DNA from: an uncultured delta proteobacterium
GTDB lineage: Bacteria; Desulfobacterota; BSN033; UBA1163
Length of the DNA: 64,000 nucleotides
Direction of reading: 5' to 3'
NCBI GenBank assembly: GCA_963708295.1
Contig: CAVPSJ010000015.1
Coordinates: 224,001-288,000 of the forward strand
The notes under the pieces are model-generated. The model was not told where the DNA came from and did no database searches. It worked only from the letters and a program-made list of their open reading frames with translations. Both the position numbers and the translations under genes were made by a program. Positions 33,541-43,039 of the stretch are shown here, piece by piece. How positions within the stretch are numbered: the first letter of the stretch is position 1; each line of letters begins with the position of its first letter.

Positions 33541-34299
33541 TTATCTTTTAGAGAACTTTCTCCTTCCATAAGCTGCCAATCCAAGCAGCCCCGAGCCCAG
33601 AAGCACCATTGTGGCTGGTTCAGGAGCGGCAACGGATGCGTCAACGTCATTACCACAGGTCATGGTATATCTGATTGGGGTTCCATCAGGGAAAGTGTAA
33701 CCGGTAGCAGTAAAATCAATAAGAATGTATCCAGCATCGTCCATATCATCTCCTTCTGCCTTGACATAAGTTATTCCTACATCCTTATAGCTATCAATCC
33801 CCGAAGCTGTGACAAGTTCATTGTCTCCGTATGAAGAGTTTGACCAATGGCTAAAATAACTATTTGAAAGTCTTCCACTTGTCGGGAAGAATATTTCACC
33901 CTTTGTGATTCCGTCGCCGAGTTCAGGAGTTAAGGTGTGGTTCCTAAGTGCTACAGCAAGGTTCCAAGACTCACTATGGAAAGTTAGTGGGGAGTAGCCT
34001 GTTGAACCAGAATATGAGAGAAATACGTCCCCGACCTTTATATTCGAGTCAGCCCAACCTGGGGGGTTAGCCCCCAACTTTTTTGAATCCCACGCCACAT
34101 AAATTACAAGACTCTTTGTTGAAAGCCACTCATGACCATAAACTTCGAAGGGTGGATTGCTACCGATAACGTCGCTAGTTCGTTGGCCGTGATTAGAGTC
34201 CAGGGGATGAAGATAGGTATCTGGAATCATGGTTGCGAAACTTGTCCCAACGAATGTCGTAAGAGATAACATGAGCGATATAAAAACTAGCTTTTTCAT
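33541..34299 (-). CDS. PEP-CTERM sorting-domain protein 4
   Basis: MKKLVFISLMLSL signal peptide after AGGAG; TMTCGND; APEPATMVLLGSGLLGLAAYGRRKFSKR. Confidence 0.92.
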   Translation of the reverse strand: MKKLVFISLMLSLTTFVGTSFATMIPDTYLHPLDSNHGQRTSDVIGSNPPFEVYGHEWLSTKSLVIYVAWDSKKLGANPPGWADSNIKVGDVFLSYSGSTGYSPLTFHSESWNLAVALRNHTLTPELGDGITKGEIFFPTSGRLSNSYFSHWSNSSYGDNELVTASGIDSYKDVGITYVKAEGDDMDDAGYILIDFTATGYTFPDGTPIRYTMTCGNDVDASVAAPEPATMVLLGSGLLGLAAYGRRKFSKR

Positions 34300-34381
34300 C
34301 AGCTGACTCCTATCTGGTAGTAGGTTGGGTCTTGTTCTCAAACAAGACAGAAAAGAATCTATCTCTCGATAGTTACTTAAA

Positions 34382-34397
34382 TGCAATTCCTATGCCT
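34382..34397 (-). promoter_or_regulatory. Sigma54 promoter of PEP-CTERM gene 4
   Basis: AGGCATAGGAATTGCA; box AGAGAAAATCACTTCATT at 34489-34472. Confidence 0.75.
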
Positions 34398-34549
34398 GAA
34401 TATTATTAATTAATAAGGTGTTGTTTTTGTTAACGATTGTTAATTTGACCCATTCTTGATTGCCAAGAAAAAATGAAGTGATTTTCTCTTTATTTCTCTC
34501 TAACTTCCGCTTAGTACAAAAGATTTTTTAGCGGTTGAATGTGCTGCGA

Positions 34550-34778
34550 GAAAGCAGAAAGCAGAAGGCAGGAAGCTGAAAGCTGGGGGCTGAAGGCTCA
34601 ATGCCAAAGGCTCAAGGCTCAATGCCAAAGGCTAAAGCTCAAAGCTGAAAGCAGAAGGCTGAACAGCTCAAGGCTCAAAGCTAAAGGCAGAAGGCAGGAA
34701 AGCTGAAGGCTCAAGGCTGAAAGCTGAAGGCTCCCGCCTAAAGCTAAAGTTCCGAAGCTCAAGGCTCAAAGCTCAAGG
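34550..34778. repeat. Degenerate heptamer tandem array (about 30 units of AARGCWS)
   Basis: AAAGCAG/AAGGCAG/AAAGCTG/AAGGCTC/AAAGCTC units. Confidence 0.8.
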
Positions 34779-34872
34779 AACGGGTTGACAGGATATCATG
34801 TACGTGATAGGTTCCTTGTGTACAACCGTCCGAAAGAAATTCCAGCCATTTTTTGTTCGGGAGGAGAGATTC

Positions 34873-35757
34873 ATGGATTCGACGAAGAAACGCGGGATGG
34901 GATGGATTCCGGATTATCCTGATTTCAGGGATTACACCGAGAAGACAGAAGAGATCCATCTGGTCTTAGGATTGAAAGGGGGCCTGAAGGGAGGACTGAA
35001 AGCGAAAGGGACCCCGATTTTCATGGATCTCCGGGAGTGGTGTTCACCCGTCGAGGACCAGGGAAGCCTGGGTTCGTGCACAGCCCAGGCAGGCGCCGGG
35101 GTCATCGAGTATTATGAGAGAAAGTCGTTTGGAAGGCACATCGATGCTTCGAGACTTTTTCTCTATAAGGTCACTCGCAACCTGATGAAGATGAAAGGGG
35201 ATACGGGAGCCTATCTTCGAACGACGATGGGCGCCATGGTGCTCTTCGGGGTGCCCCCGGAGGATTACTGGCCTTATACCGACGACGAAAAAGGGTTTGA
35301 TCAGGAGCCTCCTGCCTTCTGTTATGCCTTCGCCCAGAACTATCAGGCGATCAAATACTTCAGACACGATCCTGCCGGGACGAAAGCCGAAGAGGTCCTG
35401 AAGCAGGTCAAAGCGTATCTTTCAAAAGGCCATCCCGCGATGTTCGGGTTCACGGTTTATAGCTCTATCGATCAGGCAGAAAGCAGCGGGAGGATTCCTT
35501 TCCCGTCCAGCAAAGAAAAGATTGAAGGCGGCCATGCGGTGGTCGCGGTCGGTTATGACGATAAGATGAAGATTAAAAATCAATTCGGAAAGGTTGAGAC
35601 GACCGGAGCGCTCCTGATCAGGAATTCCTGGGGAAAGGCCTGGGGGGAAAAGGGCTACGGATGGTTGCCGTATGAATATGTCTTACGAGGGCTTGCAGAG
35701 GATTTCTGGTCCGTCGTTAAGAAGGAGTGGGTGGATACGGGGCAGTTCAAGGAATAA
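34873..35757 (+). CDS. Papain-family (C1A) cysteine peptidase
   Basis: DQGSLGSCTA (catalytic Cys); GGHAVVAVGYDD; IRNSWG; upstream TTGACA-17-TAGGTT at 34785-34813. Confidence 0.92.
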   Translation: MDSTKKRGMGWIPDYPDFRDYTEKTEEIHLVLGLKGGLKGGLKAKGTPIFMDLREWCSPVEDQGSLGSCTAQAGAGVIEYYERKSFGRHIDASRLFLYKVTRNLMKMKGDTGAYLRTTMGAMVLFGVPPEDYWPYTDDEKGFDQEPPAFCYAFAQNYQAIKYFRHDPAGTKAEEVLKQVKAYLSKGHPAMFGFTVYSSIDQAESSGRIPFPSSKEKIEGGHAVVAVGYDDKMKIKNQFGKVETTGALLIRNSWGKAWGEKGYGWLPYEYVLRGLAEDFWSVVKKEWVDTGQFKE

Positions 35758-35762
35758 TTTGA

Positions 35763-35886
35763 CAGGCTGCTGAAAAACACCCATCTGCGGCGTTGCCCTC
35801 ACCCTTCGTCGTTGCAGCGTACATCAAAGTACGCCTCACTCTCAGGATTTCGGGGGCCTTGCATCTGGGCATTTTTGAGCAGCCTG
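35763..35886. mobile_element. MITE with 15-bp terminal inverted repeats (family C)
   Basis: CAGGCTGCTGAAAAA ... TTTTTGAGCAGCCTG (14/15); internal palindromes. Confidence 0.7.
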
Positions 35887-36049
35887 AGAAATGAGACTAT
35901 CAGCAACTCTTGGAGGACGAGCGTTTTTTACCATTAATATACAATGAGCTAATTTCTTGCGTTCTGGACGGCTCTGCGGTGAGAGCGTTATTTTGGACAA
36001 TCATGATATAATGAGACTTCAGAAGTTTGTATCCTCAGGAGGAGCAACA

Positions 36050-38335
36050 ATGAACCTTTCCAGCAAGAGAAGATTGGTTTTTACGGTCATCATCGCTTCC
36101 ATTTTTGTTTTTTCCGGCTTATCGGGTTGTAGCAAGGAAGCCAAAAAGGCGAAGCACTGGAAGCGCGGGGAAAAATATTTTTCGGAGAACAAATTCAAGG
36201 AAGCGATCATCGAATATAAGAACGTGCTTCAACTGGACCCGAAGGACCCGACCTGCCGCTACAAACTGGGGCTTTCTCATTTAAGGACAGGGCAGTTTCG
36301 GGAGGCTTTTACAGAATTTTCGAAAAGCGTCGAATTGAACCAGGATCTGGTCGACGCACGCCTCCAGTTAGGAAACTTCTACCTCATGTCAAGAGACAAC
36401 CGGAAGGCCAGGGAGCAGGCGGAGCGGGTTCTTGAAAAAGATCCGAATAACTCCTCCGGTCATCTCTTAATGAGTTCGGTCTATATGACCGAAAAAGATC
36501 CGGACAAGGCCGTTTCTGAGGCAAAGAAGGCCATCGAAAAAGATCCGAAGAATGTCGACGCCTACCTCCAGTTAGCGAACCTTTACCTCATCAAAAAAGA
36601 TTTGGTCCGGGCAGAGCAGACCTTCAAAGAGGCAACTCAAGTCGATGAGAAATCAGTGAAGGCCCGTTACGCCCTTGCCGAGTTTTATCGGAGAACCGGG
36701 AAAACCGAATTGGCAGAGGCTGAATTCGTGGAGGTCACCAAGATTGCTCCCAAAGAAGCCGGAGCCTACATGACCCTTGGAAACTTTTATGCCTCTGTGA
36801 ACCGGAAGGAGGATGCGGAAAAACAATTCCTGAAAGCGATTGAAATCGATCCCAAAAGAATTCCGTCCTACCTCCATCTGGGAGACTTTTACTTGGCCTC
36901 GGGGAAGAAGGAAAAGGCTGTAGAGACTTACAAAAAAGCGATCGATACCGATTCAAAAAGTATCCCGGCGTTATCGAAGCTGGCCGACGTTTACATCAAC
37001 AATAGGAAATATGAAGACGCATCCAGAGAGATCGGAAAGATCCTTGAGATCAACCCCAAAAGCAACGAGGGGACATTTCTGAAGGGGAGGGTGCATTTAG
37101 CCAAGCGGGAATTCAATGAGGCGATCACCCTTTTCCAACCCTACCTTAAAGATAATCCCAAGTCGTCCACTGGGCACTATTATCTCGGCCTTGCACATCT
37201 CGGGAATAGGGACATCCAGCAGGCGAAAGTCGAATTGGCGGAAGCAGTCAAGCTCAATCCGAACTGGATTGAGGCGAGGCTCACTCTGGCCGACCTCTAC
37301 CTCGGAACGGGAGCAGTGGATCTCGGGATGGAAGAGGCCCGGGCGGTTTTGAAGAGAGATCCCAAATCGGTTCCGGCCCATCTCATTCTTGGGAATGCTT
37401 ACTTCCTTAAAAACGATATCCGGAATGCGGGAAGAGCCTATGAAGAAGTGATTCAAATTGCGCCGAGCAACCCCGTTGGATATTTTCAAGCGGGTCGAGT
37501 CCTTTTGGCGCAAAAAAAGACGAAGGAGGCATTACCCCAGTTTGAGAAAGCCCTGTCCCTTCAGCCCAATTTCTTAGAGGCCCTCAATTTTGTAGTGGCC
37601 ATTTACATGGATCAAAAAGAGAATAAGAAAGCGATCGATCGGATAGAAACACAGATTAAAGCTTCGCCCCAAAATCCCTTTTTCTACAATTTGCTGGGCC
37701 GGGTTTATGAATTCAATAAGGAGTTGACCCAGGCAGAGGCCAATTATAAGAAAGCGATTGAGATGAACCCCAACATTGCGGGTTTTCATAGCTCTTTGGC
37801 CGTTTTCTACATCCGCCAGAACAGGGCGGAGAAGGCCATCGGAGAATACAATGCAGCGCTTCAAAAGGATCCGAATTCTCTTCCGGCGCTGATGGGCTTA
37901 GGAATCATTTATGACACTCAAAAAAAATACGATAAGGCGAAAGAACAGTATCAGAAAGCTTTAAAGATTAATTCCAAATTTGCTCCGGCTGCCAATAACC
38001 TTGCCTATCTCTATGCCGAGAAGGGGGAGAGTATCGACGAAGCCCTCAATTTAGCCCAGAGCGCCAAAGAGCAATTTCCGGACGACCCGCACATCGCGGA
38101 TACCCTGGGATGGGTCTATTACAAGAAGAACGTCTTCACCCTTGCCATTACCTATTTGAAGGAGGCAAGCGAGAAGACTCCAGATGGGTCGATGATCAGG
38201 TACCACTTAGGAATGGCCTACTATAAAAACGGAGATAAGGAACTGGCGAAAAAGGAACTGAGAAAGGCCCTCGAATTGGATCCGAAGTTTTCGGCCGCCG
38301 AGGATGCCAAAGACACCCTGGCGAAATTACAGTAG
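36050..38335 (+). CDS. TPR-repeat lipoprotein, PrsT-like (PEP-CTERM system)
   Basis: Lipobox LSGC; about 20 TPRs; ANNLAYLY, DTLGWVYY and YHLGMAY C-terminal motifs. Confidence 0.85.
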   Translation: MNLSSKRRLVFTVIIASIFVFSGLSGCSKEAKKAKHWKRGEKYFSENKFKEAIIEYKNVLQLDPKDPTCRYKLGLSHLRTGQFREAFTEFSKSVELNQDLVDARLQLGNFYLMSRDNRKAREQAERVLEKDPNNSSGHLLMSSVYMTEKDPDKAVSEAKKAIEKDPKNVDAYLQLANLYLIKKDLVRAEQTFKEATQVDEKSVKARYALAEFYRRTGKTELAEAEFVEVTKIAPKEAGAYMTLGNFYASVNRKEDAEKQFLKAIEIDPKRIPSYLHLGDFYLASGKKEKAVETYKKAIDTDSKSIPALSKLADVYINNRKYEDASREIGKILEINPKSNEGTFLKGRVHLAKREFNEAITLFQPYLKDNPKSSTGHYYLGLAHLGNRDIQQAKVELAEAVKLNPNWIEARLTLADLYLGTGAVDLGMEEARAVLKRDPKSVPAHLILGNAYFLKNDIRNAGRAYEEVIQIAPSNPVGYFQAGRVLLAQKKTKEALPQFEKALSLQPNFLEALNFVVAIYMDQKENKKAIDRIETQIKASPQNPFFYNLLGRVYEFNKELTQAEANYKKAIEMNPNIAGFHSSLAVFYIRQNRAEKAIGEYNAALQKDPNSLPALMGLGIIYDTQKKYDKAKEQYQKALKINSKFAPAANNLAYLYAEKGESIDEALNLAQSAKEQFPDDPHIADTLGWVYYKKNVFTLAITYLKEASEKTPDGSMIRYHLGMAYYKNGDKELAKKELRKALELDPKFSAAEDAKDTLAKLQ

Positions 38336-38580
38336 AGGGCATTCTCGTCCAAGATTAGGATTCTCAACGCAGAAGCGCAAAGGACGCAGAGAAACCGGAA
38401 GAAAAATTCCCCTGTGAGATCTCTGCGTTTCAGCGGTGAAACCCGGGTCGCACGGTGTGTCCGGGAGCACCCCGCCATGGGCCCGGGGGATCAAGGGGTG
38501 CATTTTTTTAGCACATTTGAGAAAATTCTTTCCTCTTCGGACCTATTCGAAGCGATTGATCCTGATAAAAAATCTAATTA

Positions 38581-38625
38581 AATCAAATGATTATAAATAT
38601 TTCGATTATTGGCATTAAAATTGCT
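38581..38625 (+). promoter_or_regulatory. IHF site and sigma54 promoter of the pseudokinase gene
   Basis: AATCAAATGATTA (WATCAA-N4-TTR) at 38581; TGGCATTAAAATTGCT at 38610-38625; box TGAGAAAATTCTTTCCTC at 38518-38535. Confidence 0.8.
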
Positions 38626-38666
38626 CAATACTAGGGTGATAACCGGGTCCAAGAGGTTGTAAACAT

Positions 38667-39596
38667 ATGGAAAAGGATGTTTTTCTTGATTTTTTGAACG
38701 AAATGAGCCCGCCCCCGAAACCCCCTGCAAGCCCTATCAGCAGGGAGAAACCGAACGTGCCCGATCCTAAAGAGAACATCATTCCGAACGAACGGATAGC
38801 CTTCCTCTTGTTTCCGTTTTTTATCGAGCTGATCGATCAATTCAAGGACACCCTGAAAAATCTAAAAAACCTAACAAAGATTTTTCAGGAGAAGTACGGG
38901 GATAGAGAGTACAGCGCTTATCTCAATCGAGTCATTACCGAGGATATCAAGAAAATCGAGTTGGTTCAGAATAGCCTTCTCAATTATATCCGGATTAACA
39001 ATCCGGTGGCGAAAACAAATACCGTCAATACCCTCCTCGAAGAAGAGATAAAAAAGTATGAGGTTGAGCTGGAAGAAAGAAAGATTAGATTGTTTAAAAC
39101 GCTTGAAAATAACCTCTCTGAAACCGCCGTCCCCGACGACCAGCTCAGGTATATCGTGAGCTGCATGCTGCAGTATATTATGGCTTTGATTCCTGTCAGC
39201 GGAAACTTAGGTGTGTTTACCAAGAATGTCGTTCTCCAGAGGGAAATGGGCGAGGGTCGGGAATCAAGGTTTATTGAAATTTTGATTGCCTACACGGGTT
39301 ATAAGAAGCCTGCAGAACAAATCAGGTCGCCCCTGGGAATTCCCGGGCATCAAAAAGAGAAGATTTTGGATCTTGCGTTAAGGTTGGTTGAAGAGATTGT
39401 CCAAAGAAACCGTGGAATCATGAAATTCGAGGAGGACGAAAAGAAAGCGAAGGCCATGATCTCCCTGAGGTTCCCTGTGGAAAGAAGAAAGGTAGTCTAT
39501 TATCAGCAGATGGGGGAAAGTGGTTTCAATGTGCACGAATTTAAAAGTACCTTCGAGAAACTCTCATCCCTTGAAGAGATGAAGAAAGGGGGTTAA
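38667..39596 (+). CDS. Degenerate HisKA-HATPase_c protein (probable histidine pseudokinase)
   Basis: Architecture matches NtrB-like kinases, but the H-box reads ELIDQFKDTL, the N-box QLRYIVSCMLQYI, G1 YTG and G2 DLALRLVEEIV. Confidence 0.7.
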   Translation: MEKDVFLDFLNEMSPPPKPPASPISREKPNVPDPKENIIPNERIAFLLFPFFIELIDQFKDTLKNLKNLTKIFQEKYGDREYSAYLNRVITEDIKKIELVQNSLLNYIRINNPVAKTNTVNTLLEEEIKKYEVELEERKIRLFKTLENNLSETAVPDDQLRYIVSCMLQYIMALIPVSGNLGVFTKNVVLQREMGEGRESRFIEILIAYTGYKKPAEQIRSPLGIPGHQKEKILDLALRLVEEIVQRNRGIMKFEEDEKKAKAMISLRFPVERRKVVYYQQMGESGFNVHEFKSTFEKLSSLEEMKKGG

Positions 39597-39765
39597 CCCT
39601 TCTTCCTTCCCATCCCGCCCTTACGTCCACTTTCTTTTCTTTTGCATCCCTCCACATTTTGAGGTATCTTTTTACTCTAACTCGGAACGGAATTCAGTTT
39701 TGAGTGTTGGATTTTAAGTTTTGAATTTAGTAAGGAGTCCATGACAAGGAAGACATAGGTTTCGT

Positions 39766-39875
39766 GAAATCTCCCCCCTGCCTTCGCCGAAGCGGCTTCG
39801 CGCAGGCAGGTCGCCCCTCTTTGCCAAATCCCGCGAAAAGCGGGACCATTTGTAAAGGGAGGTGAGGAGGGATTT
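39766..39875. repeat. Nested REP-like composite
   Basis: CCTGC..CGAAGCGGCTTCG..GCAGG and TCCCGCGAAAAGCGGGA palindromes inside AAATCTCCCC...GGAGGGATTT. Confidence 0.55.
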
Positions 39876-39994
39876 AGTCTTCAGTGTCCACAGGGTTATA
39901 GACTGATTTATAAATTCAAAATTCATTAACTCATCATTCATCACTGATCACTGATTACTGACAACTTTGATTTTTTATTTCTAAGGGGATACCG

Positions 39995-41005
39995 ATGCTG
40001 GTTTTGGCCGTTGAGACATCCTGTGATGATACGGGAGCAGCTGTCCTTCTGGATGGGAGGGAGATTCTCTCGAATGTGGTTTCTTCTCAAACGGCAGTGC
40101 ATCAAAAATATGGAGGGGTTGTCCCCGAACTCGCCTCGAGAAAACATATTGAATCCGTCGTGCCCATCGTGACAGAGGCCCTGGAAGCGGCACGGGTCAC
40201 GCTGAAAGAAATCGACGGCATTGCTGTCACCCAGGGGCCGGGCCTCGTCGGCTCCCTCCTGGTGGGTCTATCGTTTGCTAAATCCATGGCCTTTGCTTCA
40301 GGGATACCCTTCGTCGGAGTCAATCATATTGAAGCGCATCTGTCGGCTATTTTTCTCGAAGAAAAACCCCCGGGGTTTCCTTTCATCGGATTGGTGGTCT
40401 CGGGAGGCCACACGTCTCTCTTTCGCATGGACGGGTTCGGGAAAGTTGTGCGATTAGGGCAAACCCGGGATGACGCAGCCGGGGAGGCGTTTGACAAAGT
40501 GGCCAAACTCTTAGGTCTCGGATATCCGGGAGGGCCGATCATCGACGAACTCTCGAAGACGGGGAATCCCAGGGCGATCCGATTCCCGAGGGCCGCTCTC
40601 TCTAAAGATTCACTAGACTTCAGTTTCAGCGGAGTCAAAACGGCCGTCGTCAACTATATCAAGAAGCATCCGGAGCCTCCGGGAGGCTATTCAAAAGATT
40701 TCATCAAGGATATCGTCTCCAGCTTTCAGGAGGCCGTGGTCGAGGTCCTTGTGAAAAAAACGATTCAGGCCGCTCGACAACAAGGGTTGAAAAAAATCGT
40801 TCTTGCAGGAGGGGTGGCCGCCAATCGGCGTCTCCGGCAGAGGATTCAGGAAGAATCCCTCGATCAGAAATTGAAAATCTATCTTCCTTCCCCCGCTCTC
40901 TGCACGGACAATGCGGCCATGGTGGGGGTGGTCGGATATGAATATCTGAAGCGAGGAATCCGGTCGCCGTTATCCTTAAATGCTTTTTCAAGCATGCCCC
41001 TCTAG
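39995..41005 (+). CDS. tsaD: tRNA N6-adenosine threonylcarbamoyltransferase
   Basis: ETSCDDT; GGVVPELASRKH; HIEAH; VSGGHT; CTDNAAM. Confidence 0.97.
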   Translation: MLVLAVETSCDDTGAAVLLDGREILSNVVSSQTAVHQKYGGVVPELASRKHIESVVPIVTEALEAARVTLKEIDGIAVTQGPGLVGSLLVGLSFAKSMAFASGIPFVGVNHIEAHLSAIFLEEKPPGFPFIGLVVSGGHTSLFRMDGFGKVVRLGQTRDDAAGEAFDKVAKLLGLGYPGGPIIDELSKTGNPRAIRFPRAALSKDSLDFSFSGVKTAVVNYIKKHPEPPGGYSKDFIKDIVSSFQEAVVEVLVKKTIQAARQQGLKKIVLAGGVAANRRLRQRIQEESLDQKLKIYLPSPALCTDNAAMVGVVGYEYLKRGIRSPLSLNAFSSMPL

Positions 41006-41149
41006 TGACAAATTGGGGGTTGGGGGATGACAAACCCCAAACTCTTCTCGCTCATTAAATCACTAAGTCATTAAGTAATTAGGTAAGTGAGTCATTGAAT
41101 GACTTAATGACCTAATGACATAGTGACCTTTGAATTTGGTGGCTACGGT

Positions 41150-41980
41150 ATGGTTTCCATCAAACAAGAGCTGAGAGACTACGGCCTCTTCCCCAAGAAA
41201 AGGCTGGGCCAGCATTTCCTGGTCGATCGAAATATCCTCCATAAGGTCATCCAAACCGCCGGGGTCGGAAAAGAGGATGTGATTGTTGAAGTAGGGCCCG
41301 GTCTCGGAGAGATGACCATCGCCCTCGCCCGCTCGGTCAAACGAGTGATCGCTGTCGAGATCGACGCAAGATTGGTGGAGGTCCTAAAAAACAAATTGGC
41401 AGACGTTCCGAATGTGAACGTCGTCAAAAGCGATATTTTGAAAGTGGACTTCGAAGATTTCCTTAGAAAGGAAGGACAGCCGGTCAAAGTGGTTGCGAAT
41501 CTTCCCTACCAGATCTCCACCCCCCTTCTCTTTCGTTTTATCGAAGCGAAAGAGGTTTTTTCCACTTTTACGTTAATGCTTCAGAGAGAGGTTGCAGAGA
41601 GAATGGTGGCCCCGGCAGGTGGAAAAGACTACGGCCCTCTGTCCGTCTTCGTGCAGTTGTTTTTGGACGTCTCCATCCGTTTTTTCATCAAGCCGTCTGC
41701 CTTCTCCCCCTCCCCGAAAGTGGAGTCGGCTGTCGTCCATATGGTCTGGAAAGAAAAACCGATGATCGAAAAGAAAGATGAAGAATGGTTCAGGAGAGTC
41801 GTGAAGGCCTGTTTCGGCTATCGCAGAAAAACACTGCTAAACGCGCTGAAACATTCCAAGGTTTCCCCGCCCGAGTCCCTCGAATCAAGAATGGACAAGG
41901 CCGGAATAGATCCCCAAAGAAGACCGGAGACCCTCGCCATTGAAGAATTCATCCGCCTGGCCGAAGCCTTAAGAGTGTAA
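41150..41980 (+). CDS. rsmA: 16S rRNA m6,2A dimethyltransferase KsgA
   Basis: KKRLGQHFL; EVGPGLG; VANLPYQIS. Confidence 0.96.
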   Translation: MVSIKQELRDYGLFPKKRLGQHFLVDRNILHKVIQTAGVGKEDVIVEVGPGLGEMTIALARSVKRVIAVEIDARLVEVLKNKLADVPNVNVVKSDILKVDFEDFLRKEGQPVKVVANLPYQISTPLLFRFIEAKEVFSTFTLMLQREVAERMVAPAGGKDYGPLSVFVQLFLDVSIRFFIKPSAFSPSPKVESAVVHMVWKEKPMIEKKDEEWFRRVVKACFGYRRKTLLNALKHSKVSPPESLESRMDKAGIDPQRRPETLAIEEFIRLAEALRV

Positions 41981-42229
41981 GTTGAAACGAACGATGGACG
42001 ATAAACAATGAACTATTAACAGATGTCCTGGCCATGATTCGAGTTGGCGGACAATGTCAAGATAACCCTGCTTGGGAACTGCACACACCTACAGTCCTGG
42101 ATTATTCTTAGATTTAGCGATTACTGAATGAAATACGCAGGGAGAAAGACAAAGCCATTTCTGATTCCGTCCCATTTCTCAAAATACTTTTTACACAGGG
42201 AATCACATCACTTAATGCATTCCTTTCAA

Positions 42230-43018
42230 TTAAAGATATTCGATCCCACCTTTCAACGGAGCCGAAGGGGCAAAGAATTTGAACAGCCCCGATAATAACA
42301 AGGGGTCACTTTGATTCCCTAAATCATCTCTGGAAGTAATTCCGATATGATACGTTCCAGGTTCTGTTGGGAACTCCAGCCAATCATCCGGGATGATCAA
42401 CTCCGTCTTCCCAATCACTATTTTTGAAATGATTCCCGGCGTTGTCTCCCACGAAAAGTGATCAGGTTCAAGAGGTGTTCTGTCTCTGCTCACATACACT
42501 TCGTAGCCGCTTGCTTCGGAAACGGATTCCCACCAAATTCTTCGTTTACGAACCCATGGCGTAATTTTCTCTCTCCTCCTTGACTCAACTGCCTCCATTG
42601 AACCGTCTGCTCTAAACCCTTTTTCTGATAAAATTGACTTCAACAACGTAGCGATCTCCCCAATTGTGATCGAACCCTTATTAAAGAAATAATCAGGCTT
42701 CCCTTGGGTGGCTAACTTTCGAATTTCTTGTGGGTCACAGCTTGTAAGAAGGATAATCAGGATATTTGGGTGACTGGCTTTTATCTTTCTCGTTAGTTCA
42801 AGGCCGTTTTCCCCGGGTAATATGAAATCCATGAAGATTAGATTTGGCGGACAAGAATCGATTTCCTTTAACGCCTCTACCCCGTCCGCTGCTTCAACAA
42901 TAGACATGGAAGGGAACTCAGACTTTAGGTAAAGTCTAACTACTTGTCTGAAGGAATAGTTATCTTCGACGAGCATCGTTCTAAACACAATATTTCTGTC
43001 TTCCAGAGTTAACATCAC
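42230..43018 (-). CDS. Response-regulator receiver domain fused to an FN3-like domain
   Basis: LVED, FMDFILPGENG, LLTS and K motifs; then IWWES..ASGYEVY...GTYHIGITSRDDLGNQS. Confidence 0.75.
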   Translation of the reverse strand: MMLTLEDRNIVFRTMLVEDNYSFRQVVRLYLKSEFPSMSIVEAADGVEALKEIDSCPPNLIFMDFILPGENGLELTRKIKASHPNILIILLTSCDPQEIRKLATQGKPDYFFNKGSITIGEIATLLKSILSEKGFRADGSMEAVESRRREKITPWVRKRRIWWESVSEASGYEVYVSRDRTPLEPDHFSWETTPGIISKIVIGKTELIIPDDWLEFPTEPGTYHIGITSRDDLGNQSDPLLLSGLFKFFAPSAPLKGGIEYL

Positions 43019-43039
43019 TGTATTTTAAATGCGATGGAT

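Noticed and set aside
34550-34778. Possible CRISPR array
   Set aside because: Continuous degenerate 7-mers with no repeat-spacer structure and no cas genes
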